Program-made: the position numbers and the translations under genes
NCBI GenBank assembly: GCA_965222155.1
Contig: CBDCTH010000012.1
Coordinates: forward strand, 2,912,001-2,976,000
Direction of reading: 5' to 3'
DNA from: Gammaproteobacteria bacterium
GTDB lineage: Bacteria; Pseudomonadota; Gammaproteobacteria; Eutrophobiales; Eutrophobiaceae
Length of the DNA: 64,000 bases
Shown: piece after piece, positions 1 through 11,105 of the stretch
Position numbering within the stretch: the first letter of the stretch is position 1
Layout of the letters: every line of letters begins with the position of its first letter
The notes under the pieces: generated by a model
Database searches by the model: none
What the model was told of the DNA's origin: nothing
What the model saw: the letters and a program-made list of their open reading frames with translations, nothing else

Positions 1-356
1 AGACATATATCGGAAACAAAATGCGGCGTAGTCACCGCGCGGGTCCCGATAATCACGTAGTTCACGCCGACATCCAGGTAAGTCTGGATCGTATCTTCAT
101 CACGAATTCCGCCGCCTGCCTGGATCTCGATACCCGGATGCTCCTCGGCTATATCGTGGATGATATCGGCATTTACGGGACGCCCGGAAACCGCACCGTC
201 AAGATCTATGATATGAAGCCTTTCTGCGCCGAGTTCGACCCATTTTGCCGCCATTTCTACCGGGTCGTTGTTGTAGATTGTTTCATCGCTCATATTTCCC
301 TGGCGCAAACGTACACATTTGCCGTTTTTTATATCGATCGCGGGAATTAACTGCAT
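1..356 (-). CDS. hisA: ProFAR isomerase HisA, 5' part (runs off window start)
   Basis: Not in ORF track; manual minus-strand translation from ATG 356 gives [20 protein letters not shown]...LHIIDLDGA...IQAGGGIR, the HisA signature. Confidence 0.93.
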   Translation of the reverse strand, partial: MQLIPAIDIKNGKCVRLRQGNMSDETIYNNDPVEMAAKWVELGAERLHIIDLDGAVSGRPVNADIIHDIAEEHPGIEIQAGGGIRDEDTIQTYLDVGVNYVIIGTRAVTTPHFVSDIC

Positions 357-499
357 GGTATATATCCTGCCCGATCTATATGACAGCCGCCACTGCTACC
401 TTAAGTAAGAACAGAGGGAAAGAGACGTGAGAAACTGGCACATTTGTAATTAATGTTAGCATAGTATGACAACAATACCGGAAAATTTGTTTACCCTCT

Positions 500-3274
500 C
501 TAATGTGCTTCATCCCAGTTAGCGCCCATACCTATATCAACGATCAGGGGAACACTGAGCGAAGCCGCCCCGGCCATCAACCCGCGTATCTCCTGTTCAT
601 ACTCAACAACCTCGGCAGACGCCGCCTCAAACACAAGCTCATCGTGTACCTGCATGATCATCCTGATATTTTTCTCGGACCGCAACAGTTTTTTATCAAT
701 CGCGATCATCGCCCGTTTTATGATATCGGCCGCGGTGCCCTGCATCGGCGCATTGATTGCCGTACGCTCGGCATATTGGCGTCTGGCAGCATTGCGGGAG
801 TCGATATCGGGCAGATATAAACGGCGCTTGAAGACGGTTTCAACATAACCGGCTTCCCTGGCGCGGACGCGGGTCGCGTCCATGTATTCCTTCACTGCGG
901 GGTAACGCTCAAAATATTTGTCAACGTACTGCTTTGCCGCGCCCCTGGCAATGCCCAGTTGCCGGGCCAGACCAAACGCCGACATGCCGTAAATCAGGCC
1001 GAAGTTGATAGCCTTGGCCGCCCTGCGTTGTTCAGTGTTGACCTGCGCCAGGCCCACCCCGAAGACTTCGGCCGCGGTCGCCCGGTGAATGTCGCTGCCC
1101 GCGGCAAACGCGGCCAACAAGGCTGGGTCAGCTGATAAATGAGCCATGATCCGAAGTTCTATCTGGGAATAATCCGCCGCCAGCAGTACGTTTCCGGGTA
1201 CAGCAATAAAGGCCTGGCGTATTTTCCTGCCGGCCTGTGTGCGCACCGGGATATTCTGCAGGTTGGGGTCTGATGATGATAAGCGGCCGGTAGCCGCCAC
1301 GGCCTGGTGGTAGGAAGTATGGACACGACCTGTTGCAGGGTTAACCTGTTCAGGCAGCCGGTCCGTATAGGTCGACTTTAATTTGCTCAACTCCCTGTGC
1401 TTAAGGATCAATGCCGGCAGCTCATGTTCCGCAGCCAGTTCCTGCAGAACGGATTCAGCGGTTGAGGGTTGTCCCGTCGGGGTCTTCGCCCGGATCGGCA
1501 GTTGCAGTTTTCCATAGAGGATTTCCTGTATCTGCTTGGGAGAACCGATATTGAACGCTTGACCTGCCAGGCTGTGGGCCTGCCGCTCAGCTTCCAGCAT
1601 CTGCTCCGCCAGTTCCGAACTTTGTTGTAACAGCATGTCTGTATCGATGCAAACGCCGTTACGCTCCATGCGCGCAATAACGCTCAGCAGCGGCACCTCG
1701 ATATGTGTATAAAGATTCCGCAATCCGGGGTCTTTGGCCAGTTTCGGCCAGAGCGCCTGATGCAACTGCAGGGTAATGTCCGCGTCTTCCGCCGCATACG
1801 CAGCCGCCTGCTCTACGGGAACCTGGTTGAAAGAGACCTGTTTGACTCCTTTACCGGCAACTTCTTCATAGCTCGTGATGGTTTTACCCAGGTATTTCTT
1901 CGCCAGGCTGTTCATGTCATGACGCGCGCCCACACTGTTCAGCACATAGGATTGCAGCATAGAATCATGCGCGACGCCGTTTAATTCAACCCGGTAATTG
2001 GCCAGTACGTTGCGGTCGTATTTCAGATTTTGCCCGACTATCTTATGATTTTCCGATTCCAGCAGGGGGCGCAGTTTTTCCAGCACTTTCCGGCGTGAGA
2101 TCTGTTTCGGCGCGCCATCGTAATCATGAGCGACGGGAACATAAGCCGCCTCACCTGCCCTGACGGAAAATGACAGACCCACCAGTTCCGCGCGCATATA
2201 ATCCAGGGATGTGGTTTCCGTATCGAACGAAAACAATTCTGCTGCGGCTAATTTGTCAACCCAGCGCTCTAACTGTTCAACGCTATAAACCGTTTCATAA
2301 TTCTGCTTGACCGCAGCCGCACTGCTGTCAAGGTTTTCACCCGGCAGCGGCGCTTCCTGGCTGCTCTCAGTGGGACGGCTGGTCAGGTCAACGGAGCCGG
2401 GGCCGTCAGTTACAGCGGCCCTGCCGCCGTTAATATCGGGCAGCCAACTACGAAAGCCCCAACGCCGGTAGTGTTCTCTCAGCGCTATTCTGTCCTGATC
2501 TGTAATCAGTAATTGCTGCGGTTGGACCGGCAGTTCCAGGTCGGTTATCAGGGTCACCAGCCGTCTGCTCAGGGGAATCCGGTTCAGGTTCTCACGCAGA
2601 TATTCCCCGACCTTGCCGGGAAAGCTGTCCGCATTGGCCATGATGTCATCCAGGGTGCCGTATTCCGCCAACCACTTGACCGCAGTCTTCGGTCCCACCT
2701 TGGGAATCCCCGGTACATTGTCCGATGTGTCACCGATCAGGGCGAGGTAATCAACGATACGTTCCGGCGCTACACCGTATTTCTCGATCACGGCGGCGCG
2801 ATCATAGCGGGTATTGCTCATGGTATTGATCAAGTGGATATTATCATCGACGATCTGCGCCAGGTCCTTGTCACCGGTGGAAACAAGGGTTTTCAATCCT
2901 GCCTGCGCCGCCTGCGCCGCCAGGGTTGCAATCACATCATCCGCTTCCACATTGTCTATACTCAGCAACGGTACGCCTAATGCCCGGATAATTTCATGCA
3001 ATGGCGCAATCTGGGCCACCAAATCAGGCGGGGCAGGGGGGCGATTGGCTTTATACTCAGGATACAGGTCGTTACGAAAGGTCTTTCCCTTGGCATCAAA
3101 AACGACGGCGAAATAATCCGGCTGTTCATCCCTGATTAATTTGCGCAACATGTTGATGACGCCGTAGATGGCCCCGGTCGGTTCATTTTCCGCATTCGTG
3201 AAACCCGGCATGGCATGATAAGCTCTGAACAGGTAATAGGACCCATCCACCAGCGTCAATAGTTTTTTCGGCAT
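500..3274 (-). CDS. polA: DNA polymerase I
   Basis: LVDGSYYLFRAYHA 5'-3' exonuclease, FDTETT 3'-5' exonuclease, ADYSQIELR and QVHDEL polymerase motifs; start taken at MPKKLL. Confidence 0.98.
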   Translation of the reverse strand: MPKKLLTLVDGSYYLFRAYHAMPGFTNAENEPTGAIYGVINMLRKLIRDEQPDYFAVVFDAKGKTFRNDLYPEYKANRPPAPPDLVAQIAPLHEIIRALGVPLLSIDNVEADDVIATLAAQAAQAGLKTLVSTGDKDLAQIVDDNIHLINTMSNTRYDRAAVIEKYGVAPERIVDYLALIGDTSDNVPGIPKVGPKTAVKWLAEYGTLDDIMANADSFPGKVGEYLRENLNRIPLSRRLVTLITDLELPVQPQQLLITDQDRIALREHYRRWGFRSWLPDINGGRAAVTDGPGSVDLTSRPTESSQEAPLPGENLDSSAAAVKQNYETVYSVEQLERWVDKLAAAELFSFDTETTSLDYMRAELVGLSFSVRAGEAAYVPVAHDYDGAPKQISRRKVLEKLRPLLESENHKIVGQNLKYDRNVLANYRVELNGVAHDSMLQSYVLNSVGARHDMNSLAKKYLGKTITSYEEVAGKGVKQVSFNQVPVEQAAAYAAEDADITLQLHQALWPKLAKDPGLRNLYTHIEVPLLSVIARMERNGVCIDTDMLLQQSSELAEQMLEAERQAHSLAGQAFNIGSPKQIQEILYGKLQLPIRAKTPTGQPSTAESVLQELAAEHELPALILKHRELSKLKSTYTDRLPEQVNPATGRVHTSYHQAVAATGRLSSSDPNLQNIPVRTQAGRKIRQAFIAVPGNVLLAADYSQIELRIMAHLSADPALLAAFAAGSDIHRATAAEVFGVGLAQVNTEQRRAAKAINFGLIYGMSAFGLARQLGIARGAAKQYVDKYFERYPAVKEYMDATRVRAREAGYVETVFKRRLYLPDIDSRNAARRQYAERTAINAPMQGTAADIIKRAMIAIDKKLLRSEKNIRMIMQVHDELVFEAASAEVVEYEQEIRGLMAGAASLSVPLIVDIGMGANWDEAH

Positions 3275-3392
3275 AGTCCGGCTACAGGATATAAATCTGG
3301 CCTTATTATGAAACAATTATTTGAAACTTCCCAATAATCGGTGTACTTTTCATCTTCCTCAACTATCCTGTAACCAAACCGGAAAAAAGACC

Positions 3393-3737
3393 ATGAGATA
3401 TCTTGTCGTCTGTTTATTCAGCCTGTTCCTGATGAGCTCTTTCGCGGCGGAGGACTACGCGGATGAAGAGCTTGCTCCCGTGCCTGCACCACCGGAATTG
3501 CCGGACCCGTTAAAGAGCGGCCAGGCTATTGAACCGCAGGTTACCATTATCCGGAAGGACGACGCCATCATTGAAGAATACCGCCTGGACGGACGCCATT
3601 ATATGACCAGGATTATCCCCGCAGTCGGTCCTGCCTATTACCTGGTGGATCGCGATGGAGACGGTCAGATGGAAACCCGGATGAGTGTGATTTACGATGA
3701 TTTCGTCGTGCCGCAGTGGGTGTTGTTCAGCTGGTAA
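3393..3737 (+). CDS. DUF2782-family exported protein
   Basis: Signal peptide, EEYR..G..YM..I.P..G..YYLVD.DGDG and C-terminal VPQWVLFSW; usual position divergent from polA. Confidence 0.8.
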   Translation: MRYLVVCLFSLFLMSSFAAEDYADEELAPVPAPPELPDPLKSGQAIEPQVTIIRKDDAIIEEYRLDGRHYMTRIIPAVGPAYYLVDRDGDGQMETRMSVIYDDFVVPQWVLFSW

Positions 3738-3747
3738 CCAAGCGCCG

Positions 3748-5076
3748 TTAAGGCAACAGGAACACGGTGGCGAGGCCAAGGAAGGTCATAAACCCTACCA
3801 CGTCCGTAACCGTCGTCAGGATCACTCCGCCCGCGATGGCCGGGTCAACGCCGAACTTTTTCAATATCAGGGGAATCATTGAGCCGGCCAGCGCGGCACA
3901 GATCAGGTTGATGATCATGGCCAGCCCGATAATCAGGCCCAGACCTTTATTACTGAACCACAAGGTCACGACGACACCGACTACGGTGGCCCATAACACG
4001 CCGTTGACTAACCCGACTGCGGACTCCTTCAATATAAGCGAACGGGCATTTTGCCTGGAAATCTGACCCAGCGCCAAACCGCGCACGGAGATGGTCAGCG
4101 CCTGACTGCCGGCGATGCCGCCCATTCCGGCGACGATTGGCATAAGGATAGCCAGCGCCACCAGTTCCTCTATGGTGGCCTCAAACCGGCCGATCACCCA
4201 GGCGGCAAGAAATACGCTGATCAGGCTGATGCCCAGCCACACGGCGCGCCGCCGGGTACTTGACAGGACCGAGGCAAATATGTCGTCTTCACCCAGACCG
4301 GCCATGCTGCGCATGGTCTGTTCCGCCTGTTCCTGGATCACGTCCACCACGTCGTCAATGGTGATCCTGCCCAGCAGGTTTCTGTCCTCGTCCAACACGG
4401 CTGTGGAGATCAGGTCACGCTGTTCAAACAGCCGCGCGACGTCTTCAGCCGGCATGTCGGCGGGAATACCTACGCCTTCAAACATATGCTCACCGACACT
4501 GTCTTCCGATTTATTAACCAGTACGTCCGCCAGTGCAAGCAATCCCAGGTAATGGTTTTCCCGGTCCACGACCATCAGGCTGTCAGTGTGTTCCGGGACC
4601 TCCCCCAGTTGCCGCAGGTAGCGCGCTACGACATCAAGCGACACGTCTGCGCGCACCCAGACGACGTCGGTATCCATCAGACCGCCGGCCGTATCTTCAG
4701 GATAGGACAACAGCGAGGCAATACGCTCGCGGTTTTGTGCGTCCATTGACAACAGGACACTACCCACCAGTTCTTCCGGTAAATCCTGTAATATGTCTGC
4801 GGCATCATCCGTATCCAGTCCCTTGGTCACCTCAGCCACTTCCTGGGGCTGCATCTGTTCGAGCAGGCCAGCCCTGACGACGTCCTGAACTTCAGTCAGC
4901 ACATCACCTTCTACTTCCGGGTCAACGAGTTCCCAGAGTACTTTCCTGGAACGCCCCGGTAGACTCTCCAGCAGATCGGCTACTTCGGAGGGGTGGAAAG
5001 ATTCCAGCAATGACCTGACCTGGTCAAAGTTACCGTCCTCCAGAAATTCAATCAGTTTTTCTTCTCTGGCTCGCAT
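3748..5076 (-). CDS. mgtE: Magnesium transporter MgtE
   Basis: YPEDTAGGLM, CBS pair, GRITIDDVVD, C-terminal DPAIAGGVILTTVTDVVG. Confidence 0.95.
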   Translation of the reverse strand: MRAREEKLIEFLEDGNFDQVRSLLESFHPSEVADLLESLPGRSRKVLWELVDPEVEGDVLTEVQDVVRAGLLEQMQPQEVAEVTKGLDTDDAADILQDLPEELVGSVLLSMDAQNRERIASLLSYPEDTAGGLMDTDVVWVRADVSLDVVARYLRQLGEVPEHTDSLMVVDRENHYLGLLALADVLVNKSEDSVGEHMFEGVGIPADMPAEDVARLFEQRDLISTAVLDEDRNLLGRITIDDVVDVIQEQAEQTMRSMAGLGEDDIFASVLSSTRRRAVWLGISLISVFLAAWVIGRFEATIEELVALAILMPIVAGMGGIAGSQALTISVRGLALGQISRQNARSLILKESAVGLVNGVLWATVVGVVVTLWFSNKGLGLIIGLAMIINLICAALAGSMIPLILKKFGVDPAIAGGVILTTVTDVVGFMTFLGLATVFLLP

Positions 5077-5150
5077 AGCTATAAGGATAAAGTCTTACAT
5101 GACAATATTACAGCACTAAAATAAAACCGGGGGGATCCCGGGGGGACAGG

Positions 5151-6887
5151 CTAGGGTTCAAGCGGTTCCAGCAGCTTCTCGACGTCTGCGGCGGTACTGG
5201 CCTGCAAAGCAGCGTCTGCGATGGCTGTCAGTTTGCTGATATCGCTCTCCAGGATGATTTTTTTTACTTCGAGCAGGTAGGCCGGATGCATACTGAATTC
5301 GCGCAGGCCCAGGCCCAATAACAGCTGGGTAAACTTGCTGTCGCCCGCCATCTCGCCGCACATGGCGACTGGTATTTTTGCCCTGGCGCCTGCTTCAAGT
5401 GTTATCCGTATCAGCCTTAATACCGCCGGATGCAGGGGTTCGTAGAGATAACTCACCTCGTCATTGACGCGATCAATAGCCATGGTGTACTGGATTAAAT
5501 CATTGGTTCCGATTGACAGGAAATCCAGTTGCTCGGCGAAAATATCCGCGCAGATAGCTGCTGCCGGGACTTCAATCATGGCGCCCACGGGAAGATTCCC
5601 ATCAAATTCCACCTGCTGTCCGTCCAATTCCACTTTGAGCTCATCGATCATCTCCAATACCTGCCGGGTTTCCTGCATGTTGGAGAGCATGGGGATCATC
5701 AAACGGACTTTGCCGTGGGCCGAAGCGCGTAAAATAGCGCGCAGCTGCGGCCTGAATAACGCCGGCTCTTTCAGGCATAAACGCACAGCCCGTAAACCCA
5801 ACGCCGGGTTTGATTGAACAGGACCGACCTGCCTGCCGCCATCCACCTGCTTATCGGCTCCCAGGTCCATGGTCCGGATCGTCAGCGGCAAACCCGCCAT
5901 GGTGTCGAGCACCGACAGGTAAGTTTCATAGTGTTCCTCTTCTTCAGGTGGAGACTCCCGGTTCATATACAAAAATTCCGTTCGATACAATCCTACCCCA
6001 CTGGCGCCGACCTGTCCCACGATTTCAAAATCCTGCGGCAGTTCGACATTAGCCTGTAACCGGACCGAAACATCATCCAGGGTTTTCGCAGGTGTCTCTT
6101 TCAAGCGTATCAGGCCGGCGTAATATTTTCTGTCGTCCTGTTGTCGCTGCCGGTAATAGCGGAGACTGTGCTCGTCGGGATCGAGCAGCATAACGCCGGC
6201 ATTGCCGTCAACTATGACCAGGTCATCTTCACGGGCAAACCGTCTGGCTTCATGCAGGCCGACGATTGCCGGGATGACCAGGCTCCGGGCCAGAATAGAG
6301 GTATGGGAAGTGGGTCCGCCGTATTCGGTGACAAAAGCGACAATACTATGGTGCTGCATCAAAACCGTATCGGCAGGCGCAAGATCATCTGCTATCAATA
6401 TATATCCGCTCAGGCGGCTGTCGGGTTCCTCATGGCGCAAGGGTTTCTGTTTTAACAGTATCCTCTGGATGCGATTAACGACATGGTCTATATCGTTTTT
6501 GCGGGTGCGCAGGTAGGCATCTTCCATTTCATCGAATACGTGTACCAGGGCGTCGCGTTGCAATTTCAAGGCCCACTCCGCGTTATACCCCTCAGTTCGG
6601 ATCAAGCGCATCGGCTCCTGAGTCAGGACTACATCATCAAGCATCAACAGGTTTGTATCTATGAACGGGGCGATATCCGGGGAGGTTGCCGCCGGGATAT
6701 GTTCGCGAATGGCGCGCAACTGTTGTTTGGCCTGGGCGATGGCTTCAACAAGGCGCCCGGTTTCAGCCTCAACCTGATCCTTTTCAATATGGTATTCGGG
6801 AATATCAAGCCGATCGCGTTCGATGATATGCACGCGACCGATGGCTATCCCGCGGGAAACTCCCATACCGTGCAAGGCCAGGGTCAT
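5151..6887 (-). CDS. ptsI: PEP-protein phosphotransferase (PTS enzyme I, no GAF domain)
   Basis: GGPTSHTSILARS phospho-His motif, GLYRTEFL, SIGTNDLIQY, CGEMAGD. Confidence 0.93.
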   Translation of the reverse strand: MTLALHGMGVSRGIAIGRVHIIERDRLDIPEYHIEKDQVEAETGRLVEAIAQAKQQLRAIREHIPAATSPDIAPFIDTNLLMLDDVVLTQEPMRLIRTEGYNAEWALKLQRDALVHVFDEMEDAYLRTRKNDIDHVVNRIQRILLKQKPLRHEEPDSRLSGYILIADDLAPADTVLMQHHSIVAFVTEYGGPTSHTSILARSLVIPAIVGLHEARRFAREDDLVIVDGNAGVMLLDPDEHSLRYYRQRQQDDRKYYAGLIRLKETPAKTLDDVSVRLQANVELPQDFEIVGQVGASGVGLYRTEFLYMNRESPPEEEEHYETYLSVLDTMAGLPLTIRTMDLGADKQVDGGRQVGPVQSNPALGLRAVRLCLKEPALFRPQLRAILRASAHGKVRLMIPMLSNMQETRQVLEMIDELKVELDGQQVEFDGNLPVGAMIEVPAAAICADIFAEQLDFLSIGTNDLIQYTMAIDRVNDEVSYLYEPLHPAVLRLIRITLEAGARAKIPVAMCGEMAGDSKFTQLLLGLGLREFSMHPAYLLEVKKIILESDISKLTAIADAALQASTAADVEKLLEPLEP

Positions 6888-7153
6888 ATTTCCTCACCAA
6901 ATCGATCTTCTATCAATTTCACCAGCGCCATAAGTGCCTTTTCCTCGTCTCTGCCTCGAGTGGTTAATTCCACGGTCGCGCCCCTTGCCGCGGCAAGCAT
7001 CATCAAGCCCATGATACTTTTCCCATTGACGGTTTTTTCTCCAGAATTAACCTCAATATCTGCTTCAAAAGCAGCTGCCATCTCTACAAAGCGCGCTGCA
7101 GCGCGGGCATGCAAACCCAGCTTATTGATAATTACAACGGTATCTTTTTGCAA
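6884..7153 (-). CDS. ptsH: HPr/NPr-family phosphocarrier
   Basis: NKLGLHARAA (His15) and NGKSIMGLMML (Ser46). Confidence 0.92.
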   Translation of the reverse strand: MQKDTVVIINKLGLHARAAARFVEMAAAFEADIEVNSGEKTVNGKSIMGLMMLAAARGATVELTTRGRDEEKALMALVKLIEDRFGEEI

Positions 7154-7159
7154 GCCAGG

Positions 7160-7606
7160 TCAACCGGTCAGCAGGCTGTAAATGGCCTCATTGGAGTCTT
7201 CCCTCCTCAGTTGCGCCAGGAATTCCGGTTGATTGAACACCCCGGCAAGCTGCGCCAACAGCTGTAAATGTTCCTCGGTTGAATGTTCCGGCACCACCAA
7301 AGCAAATACCAAATCAACCGGTTGATGGTCGGAAGCATCGTAATCCACACCTTGTTTCAACTTTATAAACGCAGCAATGGTGGTAAGACCGTTCTTCAAT
7401 CGCCCGTGGGGCAGGGCGATGCCGTTGCCCAAACCGGTGCCTCCCAGACGCTCCCGGGATAACAGACTGTTAAAAACATCCTGTCCGGTCAGGTTGGAAC
7501 TTGCCCCGGCAATTATCCCCGAAAGGGTTTCCAGCACGGCTTTCTTGCTGGAAAGGTTTACGTTACATTGAATACGCTCACTCGTTAGAATATCTGATAT
7601 ATGCAT
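7160..7606 (-). CDS. ptsN: PTS IIA(Ntr)
   Basis: RERLGGTGLGNGIALPHGR; located in rpoN operon. Confidence 0.93.
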   Translation of the reverse strand: MHISDILTSERIQCNVNLSSKKAVLETLSGIIAGASSNLTGQDVFNSLLSRERLGGTGLGNGIALPHGRLKNGLTTIAAFIKLKQGVDYDASDHQPVDLVFALVVPEHSTEEHLQLLAQLAGVFNQPEFLAQLRREDSNEAIYSLLTG

Positions 7607-7650
7607 TTGTGGATCAGGCCCCGATGTCCGGTCAGGCAGAGAAGGAGATA

Positions 7651-7944
7651 TTATCCGCGGTGGTCCGATAATTTTTCCTTGTGTTTTTTCACTTGTCGGT
7701 CAAGTTTGTCAATCAACCTGTCAATAGCCGCGTACATGTCATTGTGTTGCGCGTCAGCGAACAGGTTACCACGGTTTACATGTATGGTTGCTTCTGCTTT
7801 TTTTCGTTCTTTTTCAACCGACAAAACAACGTGTACCGTAATGACATGATCAAAATGGCGCTCTATGCGCTGCAGCTTTGTCGCAACATAGGAGCGTAAC
7901 GCGGGGGTGATATCCAAATGGTGGCCAGACAAGTTGATTTGCAT
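7651..7944 (-). CDS. hpf: Ribosome hibernation promoting factor
   Basis: MQINLSGHHLDITPALR...DMYAAID.LIDKLDRQ; downstream of rpoN. Confidence 0.95.
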   Translation of the reverse strand: MQINLSGHHLDITPALRSYVATKLQRIERHFDHVITVHVVLSVEKERKKAEATIHVNRGNLFADAQHNDMYAAIDRLIDKLDRQVKKHKEKLSDHRG

Positions 7945-8124
7945 GTTATCCTCATCATAGTTAGTGTCAAAACAACCCGGATTGTTCTGGGTTGCCTGCT
8001 TATATAGATAATAACAATAAAACGCGGCATGTTTTCTTAACTAAACAGCACAACAAGCGGATTGTTGCGTCGCATGCCCTGATTATGCCCGGGCCGGCAA
8101 TGGATTTATTCCAGGGATAGGTAA

Positions 8125-9588
8125 TCAGAATTTGCTCAAATTCGCTCTTTTTCTTTCACTTGATGACGGAATAGACAACGATTCACGATATTTCGCAACG
8201 GTTCTGCGGGCAACCTGAATGCCCTGCCCCGACAGCAGTTCGACGATTTTACTGTCACTCAACGGTTTTCCCGGTTTCTCTGCCTGTATGTGTTTTCTGA
8301 TCAAGGCGCGGATCGCCGTCGATGAACAGGTGCCTCCCTGGTCTGTTCCCACATGACTGGAAAAAAAATATTTTAATTCAAACACACCTCTCGGCGTATG
8401 CATGTACTTTCTGGTAGTGACCCGGGAAATGGTCGAATCGTGTAAACCCAGGCTGTCCGCAATGTCATGCAGTACCAGCGGCTTCATTGCCTCCTCACCG
8501 TATTCCAGGAACCCGCGTTGTCTCTCAACTATACAGCTGGCAACCCGCAACAGCGTTTCGCTACGACTCTGGAGGCTTTTTATAAACCAACGGGCTTCCT
8601 GCAAATGATTTTTGAGTGAGAGGTTATCCGCGCTGTTGTCGGCGCGGCGAATCATGCCGGCATAGTTAGAATTAATACGTAAGCGCGGCAACGCATCCGT
8701 GTTGAGCTCCACTTTCCATGCATCGCCGGACTTCTTGACCAGCACGTCCGGCACCACGTACTCGGTATGGGCTTCCTGTACCTGACTGCCCGGACGCGGG
8801 TGCAGGGACTGGATCAGTACGATCACTTGTTCCAGTTCTTCCCGCTTGAGTTTCATCCGTTTCATCAATTGTTTGTAATCATGCTCAGCCAGCAACTGGA
8901 TGTGCCGGCTGACCAGTGTTCGGGCTTCTCCCAGCAAACGGGTATCAAGCTCCAGTTGCGCCAGTTGCAGGCTCAGACACTCGGCCAGGTCGCGGGCGCC
9001 GACGCCGACTGGTTCAAACGTTTGAATCAAACGTAACAGTTCCTTTATCTGTTCCGGTTCGGTATCCAGATCGGCAGACAAGGCAGCGCGGATCTCTTCC
9101 AGGCTGGCAGCCAGGTAACCGTCGTCATTGATCCCGTCAATCAAGGCAATGGCAATGGCCTTGTCGATTACAGACAGCGTGATAAGGTCAAGTTGTGCGC
9201 GCAGATGATGCTGAAGATTGCGCTCCCCATCATCCCGGTATTCATGTCCGTAGTTTTCCGCGGAGTCGCCGGCATGGGAATAATAGGTCGTTGTATCGTA
9301 GATGTCTTCCCACACCGTATCCACCGGCAAGTCTTCGGGGATACTGTCATGGTCAAATGCTTCCGGATAGTCCGCTCCGTTGAGCTCCGTAGCGTCAGGT
9401 TCCGGCGTGTCGGTGTGCAGTTCGATTGTATCGTCTTCGTCCAGCTCCAGCATTATATTGGAATCCAGCGCTCCCTGGACCTCCAGGTTCAATTCCAGCC
9501 TGGACAACTGCAACAGCCTGATGGCCTGCTGCAACTGCGGCGTCATGGTCAGGCCCTGGCTTAATTTGAGATCTAGAGATTGCTTCAT
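8125..9588 (-). CDS. rpoN: RNA polymerase sigma-54
   Basis: [14 protein letters not shown] region I and RpoN box [10 protein letters not shown]. Confidence 0.98.
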   Translation of the reverse strand: MKQSLDLKLSQGLTMTPQLQQAIRLLQLSRLELNLEVQGALDSNIMLELDEDDTIELHTDTPEPDATELNGADYPEAFDHDSIPEDLPVDTVWEDIYDTTTYYSHAGDSAENYGHEYRDDGERNLQHHLRAQLDLITLSVIDKAIAIALIDGINDDGYLAASLEEIRAALSADLDTEPEQIKELLRLIQTFEPVGVGARDLAECLSLQLAQLELDTRLLGEARTLVSRHIQLLAEHDYKQLMKRMKLKREELEQVIVLIQSLHPRPGSQVQEAHTEYVVPDVLVKKSGDAWKVELNTDALPRLRINSNYAGMIRRADNSADNLSLKNHLQEARWFIKSLQSRSETLLRVASCIVERQRGFLEYGEEAMKPLVLHDIADSLGLHDSTISRVTTRKYMHTPRGVFELKYFFSSHVGTDQGGTCSSTAIRALIRKHIQAEKPGKPLSDSKIVELLSGQGIQVARRTVAKYRESLSIPSSSERKRANLSKF

Positions 9589-9632
9589 ATCCTGAAGTGT
9601 AGCGCAAAATACCGGGTATGCCTTAACTTGTT

Positions 9633-9794
9633 AACCCTGATATTGCACCAGTGGATGCGAAGATCGCGCAGGGTTTTTGGCGCTGGCGGGTGCCTGCGAC
9701 CGAAAGCATAGCCGTAGCTATGATTGAGGGAGCACGTGCCTGCCAGCGCCAAAAAGACAAACGAGGGCGTATCCACTGGTGCAATATCAGGGTT
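9633..9794. mobile_element. MITE-like element, family A
   Basis: Perfect 24-bp terminal inverted repeats AACCCTGATATTGCACCAGTGGAT (9633-9656 / 9771-9794), internal hairpins, no transposase. Confidence 0.75.
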
Positions 9795-9798
9795 TGGG

Positions 9799-10524
9799 TT
9801 ATAACCTGAACTCGAAACCCAGGTAGACGTCTCTTACCGTTTCATTTGCCAGGATTTCATCCGGCGTGCCCTCGGCCAGGATCTTGCCATCATTAACGAT
9901 ATATACCCGGTTACAAGCGCCCAGGGCCTCCCAAACATTGTGGTCGGTAATCAGGATACCTATGCCCTTTTCCCGCAGGTAGCCGGTTATTCGTTGAATG
10001 TCATTTATAGAAATGGGGTCAATACCTGCAAACGGCTCGTCAAGCAACAGGAATTGCGGCTCAGTGGCCAGAGCCCGGGCGATCTCTACGCGCCGTCGTT
10101 CACCACCGGACAGGCTCATGCCCAGGCTGTCACGCAGGTGGGACACGTGAAACTCATGTAACAGCGCCTCGGTCCGGCGTTTGGCCTCAGCCTTGCTCAG
10201 GTTCTTGCGTAACTCCAGGACGGCCAGGATATTTTCTTCCACTGTGAGTTTGCGAAAGATAGACGATTCCTGGGGCAGATAGCCTAATCCCAGCCGCGCC
10301 CGTTTTTCCATCGGCAACAAGCTGATATCCTTATTATCCAGATATATCTCACCGCTGTCACAGGGGATCAAACCGACGATCATGTGAAAGCTGGTTGTCT
10401 TGCCCGCCCCGTTAGGACCTAACAGCCCGACGATTTCACTGCTGTTGATGGTCAGACTGATATCGCTCACCACCTGGCGTGAACGGAATGACTTAGATAT
10501 GCGTTGGACGGATAAAACGCTCAT
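9799..10524 (-). CDS. lptB: LPS export ABC ATPase
   Basis: [41 protein letters not shown]. Confidence 0.97.
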   Translation of the reverse strand: MSVLSVQRISKSFRSRQVVSDISLTINSSEIVGLLGPNGAGKTTSFHMIVGLIPCDSGEIYLDNKDISLLPMEKRARLGLGYLPQESSIFRKLTVEENILAVLELRKNLSKAEAKRRTEALLHEFHVSHLRDSLGMSLSGGERRRVEIARALATEPQFLLLDEPFAGIDPISINDIQRITGYLREKGIGILITDHNVWEALGACNRVYIVNDGKILAEGTPDEILANETVRDVYLGFEFRL

Positions 10525-10541
10525 GCAACATTGCTACAGGA

Positions 10542-11105
10542 TTATGAACCGGCTTCCTTTTTCTGCTTCAGAATCAGTTTCACCCGGCTCTTTTTCTTAG
10601 TCTCGGGCGTTGTTTGCAAATCTCCACCCCCGGCTTGACCCCAGGCCTTCACCCGACTGAGTTCCGTATTATACTCTATCCTTTCCCCGACCAGGGTTGA
10701 AGTATCCTGTTTCACCCAGGCATCCCGAATTAACACAACCAGGTTTTTCAACTCATAGTACTCCATCCGTATGGCTCTCGCCTGGTCATGCACCGTGCTG
10801 TTGTCCGGTAATTGTTTATATGTGGCAGGGTTGCCTTCGATGATGATGTAGTCCAATTCATCTCCACCCTTACTATAAACCGTCATAACGTCGCCCGTCA
10901 TATGGATGGAACCCTGTGTGACAACAACGTTCCCCCGGTAGATACTGACATTATTCAGATCATCGAGTTCTGCTTCGTCAGCCTCGACTTCTATCGGCTG
11001 GTCTTTGTCCGTAGACAACGGGTATGCCGTCAGCCATCCGCACAGGCACAACAACCCGATGACAGCGTTAACTGTCCGGCGTAGTGTTAATGGTCGTTTT
11101 TTCAT
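10542..11105 (-). CDS. lptA: LPS transport periplasmic protein
   Basis: LSTDKDQPIEVEAD...Y.GNVVVTQGSI; position between lptC and lptB. Confidence 0.92.
   Translation of the reverse strand: MKKRPLTLRRTVNAVIGLLCLCGWLTAYPLSTDKDQPIEVEADEAELDDLNNVSIYRGNVVVTQGSIHMTGDVMTVYSKGGDELDYIIIEGNPATYKQLPDNSTVHDQARAIRMEYYELKNLVVLIRDAWVKQDTSTLVGERIEYNTELSRVKAWGQAGGGDLQTTPETKKKSRVKLILKQKKEAGS

Noticed and set aside
21-350. 109-aa plus-strand ORF
   Set aside because: Antisense shadow of hisA
436-452. Sigma-54 promoter (TGGCAC)
   Set aside because: No TTGC at -12 and no plus-strand gene downstream
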